Virus record (IMG/VR): IMGVR_UViG_3300046710_000146
Location: 1 to 64,000 of that record
Strand: one strand, 5' to 3'
DNA from: a virus
Lineage: Duplodnaviria > Caudoviricetes
Length of the DNA stretch: 64,000 bases
This document shows, one piece after another, positions 48,784-58,130 of the stretch; the first letter of the stretch is position 1, and every line of letters starts with the position of its first letter. The notes under the pieces are model-generated. The model made no database searches. It had not been told where the DNA came from and worked only from the letters and a program-made list of their open reading frames with translations. The translations under genes and the position numbers were made by a program.

Positions 48784-49461
48784 ATGGCATACGCTAAGGG
48801 ATATTCGAAGGCTCACCCAGGGCAACACGCATTGGTAATTGACTGGGAAACAACTGGATCTGATTTCGGCGGTGACTCAAGCGTCGCGTACCAGGGTATC
48901 GCATTCGGCGTGATCGTTGCTGACACCCAAACCTGGGAAGAAGTTGACACGCTGTACCGTGAACTGCACTTCGATGAGACGAAGTACAAGTGGACCGACG
49001 GCGCAGAGAAGATCCATGGTCTATCACGAGCGCACCTTGCCGAACACGGCGTTCCTCGTGAAGAAGCCCTTGCAGATCTGCTTGAGTTACTCCTGAAGTA
49101 CTGGGCGCCAGGTCAGAAGATCATGTTGATTGGGCACAACGCCTCGTTCGATCGTGACTTCACAGAGCAGCTGTTCCGCGACTTTGGTGTTGAGATCCTG
49201 ATTCACCACGTGATGCCTGACAGCTCACAACTCGGCTTCGTCTTGATGGGCGAGTATAAGTCGGACGTCGTGTTCGATCTTCTTGGTGGAATCGACAAGC
49301 GTAATCTGCACAACGCCCTGGAAGATGCTCGCGCGTGCCTGACCTGCTTACGAAATGCAAAGCAGATCTTCACCGCAGGACTTGAAGCTGGGGCCGAACA
49401 GACTGCGGGCTACCAACAAATGGTCTCGGTAATGGACCCATTTGATGAGTCCCCAACATGA
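48784..49461 (+). CDS. DEDDh 3'-5' exonuclease (DnaQ-like)
   Basis: IDWETTG, IHG, GHNASFD and HNALEDA. Confidence 0.9.
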   Translation: MAYAKGYSKAHPGQHALVIDWETTGSDFGGDSSVAYQGIAFGVIVADTQTWEEVDTLYRELHFDETKYKWTDGAEKIHGLSRAHLAEHGVPREEALADLLELLLKYWAPGQKIMLIGHNASFDRDFTEQLFRDFGVEILIHHVMPDSSQLGFVLMGEYKSDVVFDLLGGIDKRNLHNALEDARACLTCLRNAKQIFTAGLEAGAEQTAGYQQMVSVMDPFDESPT

Positions 49462-49748
49462 ACTGCTATGCAGGATTTGTGGCGCAGTCAGTAGAAGCTG
49501 TCATCCCAGAGTGCGTATTCACGATGCAGGAGTTCAGGCTCATTTCGCAATCAGCCCTTCGCGCGCTTTGCGGGCTTTCTCCCGCCGAGTTCAAATGGCT
49601 AGACCCAGTTGCTCCTAAGCCGAGTCTGCCATCCAGTCCGAAGGACGAACGCAAGATCATGACCTCCCGCCCTGACGAGGTTATGCGGAAGCCGCGATTG
49701 ATCCCACAACGGAACTTCGGCAAACGTATCATCTCTAGTCGCCCATGA
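49458..49748 (+). CDS. hypothetical protein
   Basis: ATGA overlap. Confidence 0.55.
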   Translation: MNCYAGFVAQSVEAVIPECVFTMQEFRLISQSALRALCGLSPAEFKWLDPVAPKPSLPSSPKDERKIMTSRPDEVMRKPRLIPQRNFGKRIISSRP

Positions 49749-49972
49749 TATTGATCTTCACTGCACCCTGGGATTGCGAGCAGCCAGACAAATATGACGC
49801 AGCCACAACACCGGTCCCGCGGGTCGGTGAAGTGGTTTTAGTGTGGGCTGATTTAGCGCAGAGAACGTACGTGCATTCCCCCGAACTGCCACGGCAGGTA
49901 CGTTGTGTCGTTAGCAGCGTTGAATACAATCTAACTGCACAGGTCATCAATGTGTTATTAGTGGACGAATAG
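49745..49972 (+). CDS. hypothetical protein
   Basis: ATGA overlap; PVPRVGE motif. Confidence 0.6.
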   Translation: MILIFTAPWDCEQPDKYDAATTPVPRVGEVVLVWADLAQRTYVHSPELPRQVRCVVSSVEYNLTAQVINVLLVDE

Positions 49973-49996
49973 ACAGGTTTGTGATACAATAGCCTC

Positions 49997-50299
49997 ATGA
50001 CATGGAAACTCTTTCTTGACGATGTACGTGCTCCGCCCGATGGTTCTTGGACCGTCGCGCGCAGTGTAGCCGCCGCTGAACACCACATTGAGGCGTACGG
50101 GCTGCCGTTGATCATGAGCCTAGATCACGATCTAGGAGATGGTCGAGACGCGCCGGTGTTGCTCCATCTGCTGATCAACCGATACCTCGATGGTCGCATG
50201 GATTCGCTGAAGTCGGTGCAGATCAGCGTGCATTCCGCAAATCCACGTGGCCGTGAAAACCTGCTGGGCCTCTGGGCCGGCTTTTTGAAAGATGGATAA
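49997..50299 (+). CDS. cyclic-phosphate-processing receiver-like domain protein
   Basis: LFLDDVR.PP, SLDHDLG and VHSANP.G; TACAAT-N6-ATG. Confidence 0.8.
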   Translation: MTWKLFLDDVRAPPDGSWTVARSVAAAEHHIEAYGLPLIMSLDHDLGDGRDAPVLLHLLINRYLDGRMDSLKSVQISVHSANPRGRENLLGLWAGFLKDG

Positions 50300-50499
50300 T
50301 GAGCAGCACATACGTTCTACATGACACCGAGGTCAAGCTAACTGGCCGAACCGCGCAGCGCAAGATGCCTGGTGGTAAAGCACTGGAGCTCGTCGAGGTC
50401 TCTCCCGCTGATGAGAACGATGGAACCTGGAAGAAATGGGTTCCACGTGCAACGTTATTCGAGATCCAATCAAGCCCACTGCTCCAGGAGACGAAATGA
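50299..50499 (+). CDS. hypothetical protein (EVKLTGR.A motif)
   Basis: TAATG overlap. Confidence 0.7.
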   Translation: MSSTYVLHDTEVKLTGRTAQRKMPGGKALELVEVSPADENDGTWKKWVPRATLFEIQSSPLLQETK

Positions 50500-50732
50500 A
50501 ATACACCACCCTCACAACTGTTCAGCTTCTGATCATGACCTTGCTGACGGGCCTGATCGCTGGTGCGCTTTCTGTTGGTGCTGGCATATACCATGAGTTC
50601 ATGCTGCTGCCAACCGTGTACCGAGCGGGTACGGAATGTGTGAAGGTCGTGAACTACCAGAATGGGCACGCATTCACCTGCCCAGATGTTGATGTGCTGC
50701 TCCGTCGGTATCGCATTGGGGTTTCGCAGTGA
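50496..50732 (+). CDS. small membrane-anchored protein
   Basis: AGGAG SD, N-terminal TM segment. Confidence 0.65.
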   Translation: MKYTTLTTVQLLIMTLLTGLIAGALSVGAGIYHEFMLLPTVYRAGTECVKVVNYQNGHAFTCPDVDVLLRRYRIGVSQ

Positions 50733-50773
50733 TCTGACCGTATGTAAATAGGTTGTCCACACAAGGCAACCTC

Positions 50774-51949
50774 ATGACAAAACGTTACGTAAAACTGGAA
50801 TGCTCGATCTGCGCTCGCACTCGTGATTCGCTGATCAACCCAAAGTACTACACCCCCGATAAGTGCACGATCACCCTTGGGTGTGAAGGGCGGCTTTCGC
50901 CAGTCGGTGAAACATCTGATGGGTCTTCACTGATCGGGGTTCCTCCGATTGGGCTTCAAAATTGGTACGCGCGTTCTTCAACGCCAGTTGGCCCTACACC
51001 GCTAATGGCGGACGTGCTGTACGACACAAGCACCGGCAGAACAAGACAGCTGATCGTAGCTATTCAGGATTCTGCAATTGGCTTTACGCCTAATGACACC
51101 TGCACCCTAACCCTGAACCTGATTGCTGAACAGCAACAAGCTCGCGACTATCGCCAGTACACGTACCGTAAGACGGGTTCATTCGCGGTTGTGAATGGTG
51201 TTGAAGATGCAGTGGCGAAAAAGGTGCTACGGTACACGATCACCGGCGCAAATCCTGACCAGGTCGAGGTATATGTTGACGGGGTGAAACGCGTACGTGG
51301 AACAGGCGCTGCTGAATACCAGCTGTATGATGGGGTCGTTGGTTCGCCGGTGCCACCGAACAGTGTGCTGTTCAACACGGTGGTCACGGGTGTAGCACCA
51401 CAAGTAGATGTGATCGTGACCAAGGCGGCCACCCTATCAACACTAAGCCTTCCGCTCGTTCGCATGATTGCCGATGATTCACGTGTTGGGACTGGTGCAT
51501 GGGAAGGCGTAGATGGCATCAAAAAGTTGAACGATCGTTGGAGCTTGTTCTACTGTGACTTTACTGAAGTTGGAACCACGCCAGTTGATGTGAAGCTTCG
51601 ACTTGACCCTGCAGTGGCGAATATGGTTGTACAAGGTAATACGACCGCCATTGTGCCACCAGCGTCATCTGCCATTCTGTTATCACGTACAAAGCTGCAT
51701 ACTGCAGTGGATCGTACGCGTGGTAGTTGGGCGCCACTTTCGATGCTGACCTCGACCGCGAACTACCTGGTGATTAAGTTCTATGACGGGGCGCGGCAGC
51801 TTCTCGTGACAACCGCTTCGGTGCTGGATGTGTTCCCACCGCTCGAGGTTCTTCGGTACAACACCCCTACTTTACTTCGTACGGGGCTATCAGGAAACAA
51901 CGACGCTGGTGAAATTGACAGCTCAATCACGATTGGACCTGACGCATGA
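50774..51949 (+). CDS. late (probably virion/baseplate) protein with N-terminal Cys4 motif
   Basis: TAAATA 50745; CSIC...CTITLGCEG. Confidence 0.7.
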   Translation: MTKRYVKLECSICARTRDSLINPKYYTPDKCTITLGCEGRLSPVGETSDGSSLIGVPPIGLQNWYARSSTPVGPTPLMADVLYDTSTGRTRQLIVAIQDSAIGFTPNDTCTLTLNLIAEQQQARDYRQYTYRKTGSFAVVNGVEDAVAKKVLRYTITGANPDQVEVYVDGVKRVRGTGAAEYQLYDGVVGSPVPPNSVLFNTVVTGVAPQVDVIVTKAATLSTLSLPLVRMIADDSRVGTGAWEGVDGIKKLNDRWSLFYCDFTEVGTTPVDVKLRLDPAVANMVVQGNTTAIVPPASSAILLSRTKLHTAVDRTRGSWAPLSMLTSTANYLVIKFYDGARQLLVTTASVLDVFPPLEVLRYNTPTLLRTGLSGNNDAGEIDSSITIGPDA

Positions 51950-52395
51950 TCGTCCCACCTGCAGGCACTCCTGCATTCTACACGGTGCTATTTGAAGAAC
52001 CAGCGGCAAAGAAGCTCGCAAAGCTCATGTCGCCAAGCTCAGTTGACGTTGAACAGATTATTGTGACATCACTTGATCTTGGCTCTGATATAGAGGCCAC
52101 GAATGAGCTCGACGCCGCGGTGCGTTCCTTGTTTGAAGGACAGAAGTATGATCACACGATGAAGTTCAACCCGATCTATCTGCCAATCGAGGGTGAAGAG
52201 CTTTCAACAAAGCTAGAGTTAGATCATGATGGTGATCTAACTGCCATTGATGGTTTTGCGAGCCCATACGTCAGCGCATCGATCAAGCTCAGCATTGAGG
52301 ACTATCCCGATGTAGTTGACGGGGCAATCAACTTTAAACAGTTCGAGCTCCCAACAATGCGCGAGCTCATTGACCATCAGGTTCTTATCTCATGA
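51946..52395 (+). CDS. hypothetical protein
   Basis: ATGA overlap. Confidence 0.7.
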   Translation: MIVPPAGTPAFYTVLFEEPAAKKLAKLMSPSSVDVEQIIVTSLDLGSDIEATNELDAAVRSLFEGQKYDHTMKFNPIYLPIEGEELSTKLELDHDGDLTAIDGFASPYVSASIKLSIEDYPDVVDGAINFKQFELPTMRELIDHQVLIS

Positions 52396-52805
52396 CCACC
52401 ATCTCTCCTACACTTTATAAGTACGCGATGAACATCAAGCTTAGCTCGGTGGAACCATCGCCTATGAACCTGGTATTTCCAAGCATTGAGGACATGGTGT
52501 TATCCTCGCGAAAATTTGATAAGCTTGAGGAGGCTGTTGACTCAGCTAATCGATTAGTCGGTGAGATTACAGGAACGCTTAATCTGGCCGTTTCAGGCGA
52601 GAAGTACAAGATGGTGGCTGAGATCAACCCAAGATTTACCGGGAAAGAAACGATCTCAAAGGATTGGGAGACGAATGAGGTTGCGAAGCTTTGGATCTAC
52701 GACAAGATCCTGCACGAGGCAAAGAAGGGTGGAACTGGGAACATCCTAGCCATTGCGCTCACACAGCTTCTGGAGATCCCTGGAGATTCCGTGTTGTTGA
52801 ACTGA
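52392..52805 (+). CDS. hypothetical protein
   Basis: ATGA overlap. Confidence 0.7.
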   Translation: MTTISPTLYKYAMNIKLSSVEPSPMNLVFPSIEDMVLSSRKFDKLEEAVDSANRLVGEITGTLNLAVSGEKYKMVAEINPRFTGKETISKDWETNEVAKLWIYDKILHEAKKGGTGNILAIALTQLLEIPGDSVLLN

Positions 52806-52886
52806 CCCTGACCCATAGGCGGGTTGCACGGGGCTTGGTGTTACGTTACAATTACATCTGTATCAACACACCTACAAAGGTTTCCT

Positions 52887-53240
52887 ATGCGCAATCCCCT
52901 TGCTGTCGCCGGTGCGGCTGACAAACCAAACGTGAAGTTCAAGAGCATCCAAGACATCATGCGTGATCCCACCATGAAGGCAAAGCTGAACAACCTGGTC
53001 GATGAGGCCGTGCGTTGCAAGCAACGAATCTACACCGAACAACAGGCGATGAAGGATCTTCGCGACGTGGCCCGGAACGATGTGGCGTTGAACCCAAAGC
53101 TGTTCAACTACTACGTGGCCATGGTGTTCAACAACGACTACGCCGCTCGCAAAGAGAACGTTGATCAACTTGAAACACTGATTGAAACCGTGATGAACCT
53201 CGGTGGCATGGTTGACGATGCCCCTGGCTTCGACGACTAA
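52887..53240 (+). CDS. T4 DsbA-like double-stranded DNA-binding protein
   Basis: helical pattern EA...K.RI.....MKDL...A......PKLFN; promoter TTGCAC-N17-TACAAT at 52824-52852. Confidence 0.6.
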   Translation: MRNPLAVAGAADKPNVKFKSIQDIMRDPTMKAKLNNLVDEAVRCKQRIYTEQQAMKDLRDVARNDVALNPKLFNYYVAMVFNNDYAARKENVDQLETLIETVMNLGGMVDDAPGFDD

Positions 53241-53243
53241 TCG

Positions 53244-53495
53244 ATGACCTGCATTAGATTTGGTGATGATCGTTCCATGGGCTTTGTCTGTGTGAACGAT
53301 CAGATCCGGCTTCATGTTGGAAACCGGTATGTGTGGATGAGCTGGCACGATTACACTGGGCCTTCTTTCTACACAATGGAAAACGGCGAGGAGGTCTATT
53401 ATGATCCAGTTGACGAGAACGACCCAGTGTGGGAACCGTTCGGTCGCTGGCTTATAAAGCACAACGCCGCTAAAGAGGCACGCACCAAAAAATGA
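53244..53495 (+). CDS. hypothetical protein
   Basis: ORF fills the gap. Confidence 0.65.
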   Translation: MTCIRFGDDRSMGFVCVNDQIRLHVGNRYVWMSWHDYTGPSFYTMENGEEVYYDPVDENDPVWEPFGRWLIKHNAAKEARTKK

Positions 53496-53500
53496 CAGTG

Positions 53501-54292
53501 TCATTGGCGGCAGTTGTCAAAATGCCATCGCCTCATGTTCCCTGCTGTTCCGGTTTTTCCACAATGTGGGCATGTAATCTTTGGCAAGCTTAGCCCCTGT
53601 TCACTGCGCTTCTGCCATGCTGCACGCTGACTCTCTTTATGTTTTTCAGACAGCGGTTTTCCAGTATGCAGTGCAACGAGCCGATCCCGTTGTTCTTGTG
53701 ACAACGGGATCCCCTTGCGGCTTTCAGACATCTTCCTGATTGTCTCGGCTGATCGTGGTTTGCCAGTAAACGCAGCCCTTAGTTTTGCCCGGGTTTCATC
53801 TTTAACCGGGCGACCCATCATGCCAGCGGAAATCTTGGCACACGTTTCAGCAGATGGCAGTGCTTTATTCTTTTGACCTTTACTGAGATTTGCACGCTCT
53901 TGCTCTGATCGTGGGCGACCTTTCTGAGCAGCCCCGATTTTGGCACGGTGCTCCGAGGATTTTGGCCTGCCAGCGACGCAAAAAGCGATACCGCCGGCTG
54001 GGTCAATAAAATGGCGATTGAGACATAGTGGATCTAACCGGTGCCCCTTAATCAGTTGCTGTTCTTCCCAATAGCAGTCTAGTGTTTCTCCAGTCATAAT
54101 GATTTGCCACTCAAATGCCTCGATCCCAAATGCGGAAATATTGCGCTTCATAATAGTGCTGGAGGACTGATAGTGATGTCTAAAATCTTGCTCAGGAGTT
54201 CGCTTCTTACGGATGTTAGCAGACCTGGACCCATAATAGAACTCGCCAGTTTGCTTGTTACGAATACAATATACATATGCCTGAAATGTCAT
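53501..54292 (-). mobile_element. free-standing GIY-YIG (Seg-like) homing endonuclease with multiple NUMOD3 repeats and a C-terminal CPHC..HFDNC motif
   Basis: YVYCIRN...FYYGSR; SSEHRAKIG, SAETCAKIS and SAETIRKMS repeats; AGGAG SD and GCTAAATA upstream. Confidence 0.85.
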
Positions 54293-55995
54293 CAAATACT
54301 CCTAAAGATCAGAACTATTTAGCAAGTTCGTACATTAGTTCAACACACGATTGGGACTCCGACAAGATTCTTGTTTGGGAGCGCCCAATTGGTGGGGGTG
54401 AACGACGCGTCGTAATGCACGATGCCCCACGGTACTTCTACGTGCCGGATGATGAGGGTGAGCATACCGCAATTGATGGGGTGAAGCTCAAGAAGTTCGT
54501 GTTCGATTCGAAAGATGAGTTCACGGCTGAAGCCCGGCGCCATCGCATCAAGTATGAAAGCGATATCCAGCCCGAGGCCCGACTGCTGATGGAGGCGTAC
54601 TACGGGCGCCCAACACCAGTCGTGAACTACGCGTTCCTCGACATCGAGGTTGATTACTCCTCGAAGATTGGTTGGAGCTCGCCAGAGAATCCGTACGCCC
54701 CGATAAACGCGATCACGATCTTCCAGTCATGGACAGGTAAGTACCTGACGTACGCGGTGCCACCAAAAACCTGGAAGGGTGATGAGGCTACGCTGCAGCT
54801 TGAAGTCCAGCGACTCTGGAAAGAGCACAAGCTGGACTTTGTACCCGATGTCACGATCTGTAAGACTGAGCGTGATCTGCTGTTGTATATGCTCGGTGAT
54901 ATCGAGGATGCCGACATAATCAGCGGCTGGAACTCTGAGTTCTTCGACAACCCGTACATCATCAAGCGACTTGAACGAGTCCTTGGTAAGAAGGGTCCAG
55001 GGCACATGTCATTCAAGGGGGCACGACCCCCTGCTGAACGAATCGTGAATCGATTTGGATCGCCCGCGATCACGTTCACTTTGTACGGTAGAACACACCT
55101 TGACTATCTTGATCTCTTCAAGAAGTTCACGTTTGAAGGGCGGGTCTCATACTCACTCGCGAACATCGCGGCTGAGGAGCTTGACGTTCCGAAGCTCGAC
55201 TATCCAGGTACGTTGGAGCAGCTGTACCATAACGACTTCGCACATTTCATCACGTATAACGCCCGCGACGTTGAGGTGCTTGTGCAGCTGGATATGAAGT
55301 TCAAGCTCATGCAGCTTGTGAACCAGATGGCACATGAGAACACCGTGCCGTTCATGGCAATTCTTGGCACCGTCCGATACGTTGAGACTGGGATGATTAA
55401 TCGTGCGCACAACGCGCACAACTTGATCGTGTGCGACAAGAACATGTCGGGCGAGTTGAATGAGAAGGTTGAAGGCGCCGTGGTGATGACACCTCGTGCA
55501 GGTCTATGGGAATGGATTGGTTCAATCGATCTTACCTCGCTGTACCCAAGCACCGCCCGCGCCCTGAACATGTCGATTGAAACCTTCGTTGGGCAGTTCG
55601 TTGATGAAGAGCGTGCATGGGAAGGTATCCGTGCCAGAGATGACAATCCATGGGAGGCCGTGATCTCCCATGAGAGCATCACGGCTACTGGGGCTCAGTG
55701 GTTCGAGTACCTACGAGCCGAGAACTATGCAATCTCTGGGTTCGGCACGATCTTCGATCAGAACAAACCTGGAATCGTTGCGGACACCCTGACATATTGG
55801 TTCAATGAGCGGCTTCGGCTACAGGCCAGTAAGAAAGCCGCGATTGCGGAGGTTAAGACGCTCAAGGCAACCTTGGGTATTCCCGCCCCCGCAGGGCTAC
55901 TTATCAAGGAAATGGCTGATCATGATCCATCATCAAAATTAGACGAAGGACTGTCAATTTATAACGACGACGATGGAATGCCAAATCAACTATGA
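54277..55995 (+). CDS. family B DNA polymerase, N-terminal subunit (exonuclease plus motif A)
   Basis: FLDIE, GWNSEFFD, YNARD and SIDLTSLYPS. Confidence 0.92.
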   Translation: MPEMSSNTPKDQNYLASSYISSTHDWDSDKILVWERPIGGGERRVVMHDAPRYFYVPDDEGEHTAIDGVKLKKFVFDSKDEFTAEARRHRIKYESDIQPEARLLMEAYYGRPTPVVNYAFLDIEVDYSSKIGWSSPENPYAPINAITIFQSWTGKYLTYAVPPKTWKGDEATLQLEVQRLWKEHKLDFVPDVTICKTERDLLLYMLGDIEDADIISGWNSEFFDNPYIIKRLERVLGKKGPGHMSFKGARPPAERIVNRFGSPAITFTLYGRTHLDYLDLFKKFTFEGRVSYSLANIAAEELDVPKLDYPGTLEQLYHNDFAHFITYNARDVEVLVQLDMKFKLMQLVNQMAHENTVPFMAILGTVRYVETGMINRAHNAHNLIVCDKNMSGELNEKVEGAVVMTPRAGLWEWIGSIDLTSLYPSTARALNMSIETFVGQFVDEERAWEGIRARDDNPWEAVISHESITATGAQWFEYLRAENYAISGFGTIFDQNKPGIVADTLTYWFNERLRLQASKKAAIAEVKTLKATLGIPAPAGLLIKEMADHDPSSKLDEGLSIYNDDDGMPNQL

Positions 55996-57356
55996 ACCTC
56001 GCACAAATTAAGAAGCAGTTGAAATCCGGAGATCTGATTCTGGACGGGGGGAAACTGTACACAAAAGAAGAGTGGGAGCAGATCAAAGCAAAGCAAGCTG
56101 AAGCAGATCACTACGATTTGCTTCAGCTCACGAAGAAGATTCAGCTGAACTCGGCATATGGTGCGCTCTTGAATGAAGCCTTCCGTTTCGGTCGTCGCGA
56201 AATCGGTGCGTCAATTACTGGCACTGGTCGCCAGATCACGAAGCACATGGGGCAGACGATTGGGACCCTTGCAACTGGGAACAAATGCACGTTCGAGAAG
56301 CGCTATGGTGACTTCAAGAACAAGAGCACACGCGCTGGGTCGTTTGAATCAGGCGAGCTGTACGGTGAGTGGCTCCAAGCTGAGAACTTCGAAGCGCTCC
56401 GTAATCTGCCGCAAGAGCAGCAATGGACACGGAAGTTCAGCAAGGAAAAGAACGCCGAGGTTGATGTCGGTTCCGGTGCAATATGGTTCACAGAGTGCCC
56501 AGCAATCATCTATGGTGATACTGACTCGTGCTACTTCTTAACGTACGGAACAGACTACGACGAGGCGGTTGCGCTAGCTGATGAGATTGCAACGCAAACG
56601 AACGCGACATTCCCAGCGTTTATGCAAGAGGCATTCAACTGTACAGGCGGTCGAGAGCTGTTGATCAAAGGCGCTCGTGAAGTCGTAGCTGAGCGTGGAC
56701 TGTTCATGCACATTAAGAAGAAGTACACGTTGCGTGTTGTCAATCTCGATGGGTATGATCTGCGGTCAAAGCCGAAGTTGAAGTCCATGGGATCTGAGAT
56801 CAAGAAAGCTGACACGCCAAAGGTGGTGCAGGACTTCTTGAAGGATCTGATGGACCTGGTACTCACCGGTAAACCGTACGCCGCAATGGAGGAGTTCATA
56901 AATGCACATCGTGGATCGTTGATCGGCGACGCGAAGGATGTGCTTGAGCTTGCAACCGCGAAGCAGGTGAACAACTTGGACGCGCTGTACGCTGAGTACA
57001 AGCGCACCGAGAAGATCAATAATGGAAAGATGAAGCACTGCCCAGGTCACGTTCGTTCCGCGATAAACTTCAACGAGATGCTTGAGCTCTTCGATGCAGG
57101 TGGAATGCAACCGCTGAAGGCGGGTGACAAAGCCGCGATTCTGTACTTGAAGGACAACGCATACAGGATCAACTCAATTGGGTTTCCACCTGACATGCAG
57201 CACCTCCCTGACTGGTTCGTCGAGAACTTCGCGGTCGATCTACGAAAGACCGAAGAGAAGATGATCGATAGCAAGGTTTCAGGGATCTTCAAGGCCCTTG
57301 GATATGAGACCCCAACCCTGCAGATGGCGCACCTGAAAAGCTCCTTCACATTCTGA
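55992..57356 (+). CDS. family B DNA polymerase, C-terminal subunit (motifs B and C, thumb)
   Basis: KIQLNSAYG, YGDTDS and KKKY. Confidence 0.92.
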   Translation: MNLAQIKKQLKSGDLILDGGKLYTKEEWEQIKAKQAEADHYDLLQLTKKIQLNSAYGALLNEAFRFGRREIGASITGTGRQITKHMGQTIGTLATGNKCTFEKRYGDFKNKSTRAGSFESGELYGEWLQAENFEALRNLPQEQQWTRKFSKEKNAEVDVGSGAIWFTECPAIIYGDTDSCYFLTYGTDYDEAVALADEIATQTNATFPAFMQEAFNCTGGRELLIKGAREVVAERGLFMHIKKKYTLRVVNLDGYDLRSKPKLKSMGSEIKKADTPKVVQDFLKDLMDLVLTGKPYAAMEEFINAHRGSLIGDAKDVLELATAKQVNNLDALYAEYKRTEKINNGKMKHCPGHVRSAINFNEMLELFDAGGMQPLKAGDKAAILYLKDNAYRINSIGFPPDMQHLPDWFVENFAVDLRKTEEKMIDSKVSGIFKALGYETPTLQMAHLKSSFTF

Positions 57357-57402
57357 CCCAAGAGCCAAATGCCCTTTACTCCTATTTGTTTACAATCATC
57401 AT

Positions 57403-58128
57403 ATGAAACTAACTGAAGCTGATCTGCCTAAATTTCGTGCTGCGCTCCTAGCATGCAAACTTGCCGGTCTCGACACCGTTGTGATCTCTGAAGGTATGCT
57501 TCGGGGTCTTGGCGATAAACGGAACGCCGCAATTGTGAGTGAGCTGAAGCTCTCAATTGATCCTGTGATCAGCATGGGGATCTCACGGGTGCCTGAGCTT
57601 GAGAAACGAATTGCAATGTTCGGTGAGCTCGTTGAGATTGATCTTGATGTGAACGATGCGAATAAGGTCAGAAAGCTTACCATTCGTGGTAAAGGCGGTA
57701 AGGTTGAATTCCGCTGTACTGACGAGAAGCTGATCACATACCCAAAGGCGAACAACGACGAACCAGGGGCAGTGGTGACGTTCACCAGACCCGAGGTAGC
57801 ACTCCTGGCAAAGGGCGCTAAGACCCTCTCTGTCGATCAGCTCACGTTCCAGATCAAGCGTGATGGCGCGGTGCATATTGAATGCGCTGATGCAGCCATG
57901 GACCGATTCGAGATTGATCTGGAAACCCCCGCGATGTTCGTTGAGGACTCATATCCAATTGTGAATCCATTCGATGTGTCTTCGGGTGGTGTGTTCCTCC
58001 AGCTGCTGGAACACATGGTCAAGGACTCAGACAGCATTGAACTTGTCGTCATGAAAACGGGGAACGTTGGCATGAAGATCTTTGGGCACGATGTGCTCGC
58101 AATCCCACGCGTACAAATTGGAGATTAA
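57403..58128 (+). CDS. probable DNA polymerase sliding clamp (gp45-like)
   Basis: 241 aa, two-domain alpha/beta pattern, directly after the polymerase; no strong motif. Confidence 0.45.
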   Translation: MKLTEADLPKFRAALLACKLAGLDTVVISEGMLRGLGDKRNAAIVSELKLSIDPVISMGISRVPELEKRIAMFGELVEIDLDVNDANKVRKLTIRGKGGKVEFRCTDEKLITYPKANNDEPGAVVTFTRPEVALLAKGAKTLSVDQLTFQIKRDGAVHIECADAAMDRFEIDLETPAMFVEDSYPIVNPFDVSSGGVFLQLLEHMVKDSDSIELVVMKTGNVGMKIFGHDVLAIPRVQIGD

Positions 58129-58130
58129 TC

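Noticed and set aside
55850-56100. Split intein or group I intron at the polymerase junction
   Set aside because: No Cys/Ser start or His-Asn end motifs, and no intervening non-coding sequence.
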